A DNA stretch of 64,000 nt from Sarea resinae (taxonomy: Eukaryota). The position numbers and the translations under genes were made by a program. Position 1 is the stretch's first letter; each line of letters begins with the position of its first letter. The stretch lies in assembly GCA_026026165.1 (NCBI GenBank), contig JAPEUD010000023.1, forward strand, positions 62,001 to 126,000. The letters are read 5' to 3'. This document shows, one piece after another, positions 60,620 through 64,000 of this stretch. The notes beneath the pieces are model-generated. The model searched no databases. It worked only from the letters and a program-made list of their open reading frames with translations, and was not told the origin of the DNA.

Positions 60620-62259
60620 CTAGCTTGAAGAGTCGAGGAAGTGGTTGGCGTGGCGACGGCGGCGATGAGTGGATCTCTTGCGCGAGGGAGTAGCTGTTGT
60701 CGTGGCCGCAGTGGTCGTGGAATTGGCCCCCGTCTTTTGGTAGAGCGAGAGGGCGCTTCCTCCCCCACAGTACTCGGCGGAGTTACCAGAGCATGCCATC
60801 TATCAAAGCAATCAATATCATGTCTTTAAGGAAGGGGGAGTCAAACATGCTAACCTGACAATTGCCAATAACTCCCTTGACCGGCATATCGGCAGATGCC
60901 ACGCTGTCTCCACAGTAACACTGGTCGGCATACTCAAGCCCAGCAAACGTGTAACCCTTCGCGGAGCACTCTTCGACGCAGCCCTCGACAGTCATGTTGT
61001 CTGTGGACGAAGTATATCCGGTCAGGGTACGAGCGTTGACGTTATCGGTGGCACAGCCGACATACTCCCAGCCGATTGATGATAGATCGACCGAATTGGT
61101 CGACGGCGCACTGATCGTCATTGTTGCGCCACAGCCGGTTTGTTGCGTCGCCGGCTCGGGCCCATTCTGAACCGGGTTGCAGCCTGGTAGTGCGTCCAAG
61201 ACACCAAATACTTGTTCGTCAACGGAGGGCTCGATCATGCAGTTCGCAGATGCGTCAGTCGTCAAGGTGAAGTACTCGCAATTCTCCATGATCCCGTTAG
61301 GATCATTGCAGTTATCAACTGCGTTTTGAAGAACTGAAACATCCCAACCGTTGACCTAATCCTGTTAGCTTTACGCGTGACAGGATCGAAGTGTGGGACA
61401 TTGAACATACAAAATCACCATGATACCCGTATCCAGTTGGGTCGCCGGTGGACAAGACAAAGGGTGGCGTGGTTCCATCATACCAGCCGTCGGCAAAGTC
61501 GTTGATCTGCCAGATGGTCTCGTAAAAGAGCGAGATCATATGGACTGGGTGAGTAGATGGACAATAACCGCCGTTGTAGATTTGGATGGGATAGGCCATG
61601 TGGGATTTGTGGTCGGGCGTGTCGAGGTTCACCCCGTCCCAGCAGGACGGAAAGTAAAGCTGAGCTCGAAGGCCATCGGCGCAATTCTGTTGCTGGAAGC
61701 CAGTTGTCTGACCAGGGGCACCACCAGAGTAGTCGAGGCATACATAGCTCACAGCCTGGGCGGCAAAGTCTCCGGTATAGTTGCGCTTGAATGGATCTCC
61801 CGCAATCATGCGGAAGCCCTCGGGGAAAGCATGGAGCTTCTCAGTGGCGTTTCCAGGACGTTGCCTAAAGATCTGTTAATTCCACCTCGGAAACTTGGTG
61901 CCCTCCCCTGAAATCACTGACTCATAATAGACTGTGCTGCCGATATTCTTCACACTGAGGAAGCTACCGTTCTGGGCATGGTAGTAGAGGGTAGGGACCC
62001 AATAGTTGGACATGTCTGCGCTGATTGGGCACGATGAGCAGGTCGAAGCACGAGCTTGGTCGTACGTCATGTTGAAACCGAAGCCGTCGCCTCCCATGAT
62101 GGCGTGGACATGGGCCGAAACCTCACCAGGTTCAATGATGGGGTCAGCACGTTCTTGAACGAGCGTAGCGGGACATGGCATGCGCCAGAAGGCCTGGGCC
62201 GGCGAGGCGAGAGAGACAATCACGCCCAGCGCAAGAGCTTGAATACCGTGAGCATGCAT
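60620..62259 (-). CDS. Secreted DUF1996 + WSC domain protein; multi-exon
   Basis: Signal peptide then FWRMPC..RADPIIEPG..HVHAIMGG..DMSNYWVP; FPSCWDGVNLDTPDHKSHMAYP..CPSTHPV..GDPTGYGYHGDF; WSC domain YVGCATD..MTVEGC..AGLEYADQCYCG..C|MACSGNSAEYCGG. Confidence 0.9.
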
Positions 62260-64000
62260 CTTCGAAAATGGGCTCTCAATTTGATGGGCTCTGTAGGAGT
62301 GGCTGGTCTATGTGGTCGAGCTCGGGTCGAGAGTGAAGATGATGCTTGAGGCGAAAAAAAGGGCAGTCGATCAAGACCACGAAAAGAACGAATCAGAAGA
62401 GAATGAAGCCAGGCCGAAAAGATTGTGAACGCGTAACAAAGTCGCAGACTCTGCTGCGTGAAAGTAAATGAAAGCGAATGTAGATGCTGGTTGCAGATGA
62501 GGAAAGGAAAGAGAGTGCATCCAGATTCGGAAGACGAAGTAGGAGTGGAGGTCGTGGGGTAGATATAACAAAATCCTCAATGTGTCTGGGACCATGCACG
62601 CACACATCCACGATCCATGCCATATGCACGGTCTTTTCTTCTTCTCACATCAGTTTCCCCAAATCTTATGAGCTCGCCAAAAAGCTTGAGTTGTTAGAAC
62701 GCTGTACAGTAGCATCGGGAATCTAGCCCCTCGATCAAGCCCGTGATGGATTCGTCGTAGTATCTGCAGGCGTATGGGACGCATTTCCCAGGATGCAGTG
62801 TGATGCCTGCACCTGTAGGCAGTAGGCATGTAGCATGTGGCAGCAAGCAAATACGCACCGACAGCACCATCAGAGGCAAGACCAGGCCACCACCACCATC
62901 ATCATGATCGCCATTTCCATTCAATCTCCGATCCGGGAAACATTGAGAAAACAAAGAATAAGAGCGCAGAGGCGCCCACCTCCGGCTGTTCCACCTTCCC
63001 TTGATCCTTGCATTCTCACACACCTATATGCTGTAGCTGCTATGATTCCTCATCATCTCCCGTCTATGTCCTGAATCAGTCCGCCCTGTTGGACGAGGCG
63101 GGCGTTCCTGGGCGGCTCCGAGTGGGGAATTTCTTTGTGCGGTGGTGGCCAGTTGATCTGGACTAGGCGGGCCACCGTCCGGTAGCTTCGTACCTAAACG
63201 CCTTCTCCGGGAGGGAGGAAACACGGCGGTTTCAAGATCGTCGCCAGATGCACGTGTGGGACCAGGGTCTCTCTCAAGCTACCCGATAGGGTCGATGTGC
63301 GGACTTCCCATGTTGATTCATCTACCAATGTGAGGAATGCGAGCTTCGCAAAAGAGAGTAGCTCGAGAGTGCATACTTCCATTTCGGTCGACGGACGGGG
63401 ATGCAAACCTGCCTCTGTCTGAATTGATCTCTTGCCTTGATCTGCCTTCTCTCACCTCGGGCTACTCGATCCCCATTATTACGCAATGAGTTCCATCATT
63501 CGGTTGCTCGTTGCTCTTCCCTGAGCTTCGTCTGAATGGATCTGGGAGGGTACGCCGAGTAGCTAGGTGTTGTGATACCATATACTCTGGCAGATCACGA
63601 TACTCGCTCTATGAACTAGGGAGCTCGGTCTGCTTTACAACTTTTCCAATGACTTCAACACGGACACAGCAAACATCGAACATCATAGGGGAAGTGTATC
63701 CGTCCGTCCCTGAGCTGTGCGCGACTAGACGCGAGCCTTCCAATGCTGCAGCAAATGCTGCAGCTGCCCGTGTGTCTTGTGCCGAAAAGAGACAGGTACA
63801 GAACAGTGGCAGGGGCACGTCGAGTCGAGTAGCAGCTAACCCCTCAACCAGCGAGGAAACGGACGTAGCCTGTATGCGCGCGGAAAAGTCTGGCCGGATA
63901 TGTCATGCAGCGAAGACGTGGCGCATTGTCTGTGAATCTTGCCGCATAGCGGAAATGATCATAAAGAAAGATTTCGATTTCTCATTTCTCGTCGCGTGTA

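Noticed and set aside
1..64000. Transposons, CRISPR arrays, rRNA, telomerase RNA or a secondary-metabolite cluster around GGPP synthase
   Set aside because: No transposase or reverse transcriptase motifs, spacer arrays or rRNA noticed, and no TAACCCTAA template near the structured elements. The GGPPS neighbours are housekeeping genes with no cyclase or P450.

Overview
Gene-dense, intron-containing fungal nuclear DNA. Gene content, splice signals (GTRNGT donors, CTRAC-like branch points, YAG acceptors) and a group II G-alpha point to a filamentous ascomycete (Pezizomycotina); the species cannot be determined from the sequence. I support about 21 protein genes, several largely invisible in the ORF track because of short exons (translin, RPL22, PMP3, CsbD-like). 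The others are a pathogen-related/SnoaL-like protein, an NADPH-dependent FMN reductase, an F-box protein, a conserved hypothetical, a UBL-AN1 zinc finger, GPI11, SAM35, SIN-type cdc14, GGPP synthase, a BMT6-like methyltransferase, a CNOT11-like protein, COX24/mS38, G-alpha, transketolase, DBP5, BUD32, a GCLM-like protein, ERV41 and a DUF1996-WSC protein. There is also a multiply disrupted fungal transcription-factor pseudogene and a U2 snRNA gene. The most notable unexplained signal is a pair of diverged, highly structured intergenic elements (23466-23839 +, 31564-31939 -). They share an RNA polymerase III-type layout (TATA, A box, about 200 nt of structured body, identical CCTGAGCTTTTTGC end, downstream B box) and match no RNA family I recognise, so they are a candidate undescribed Pol III ncRNA family. 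A 12-bp palindrome, TACTCCGGAGTA, also recurs five times in intergenic DNA. All family calls rest on motif recognition, not database searches.
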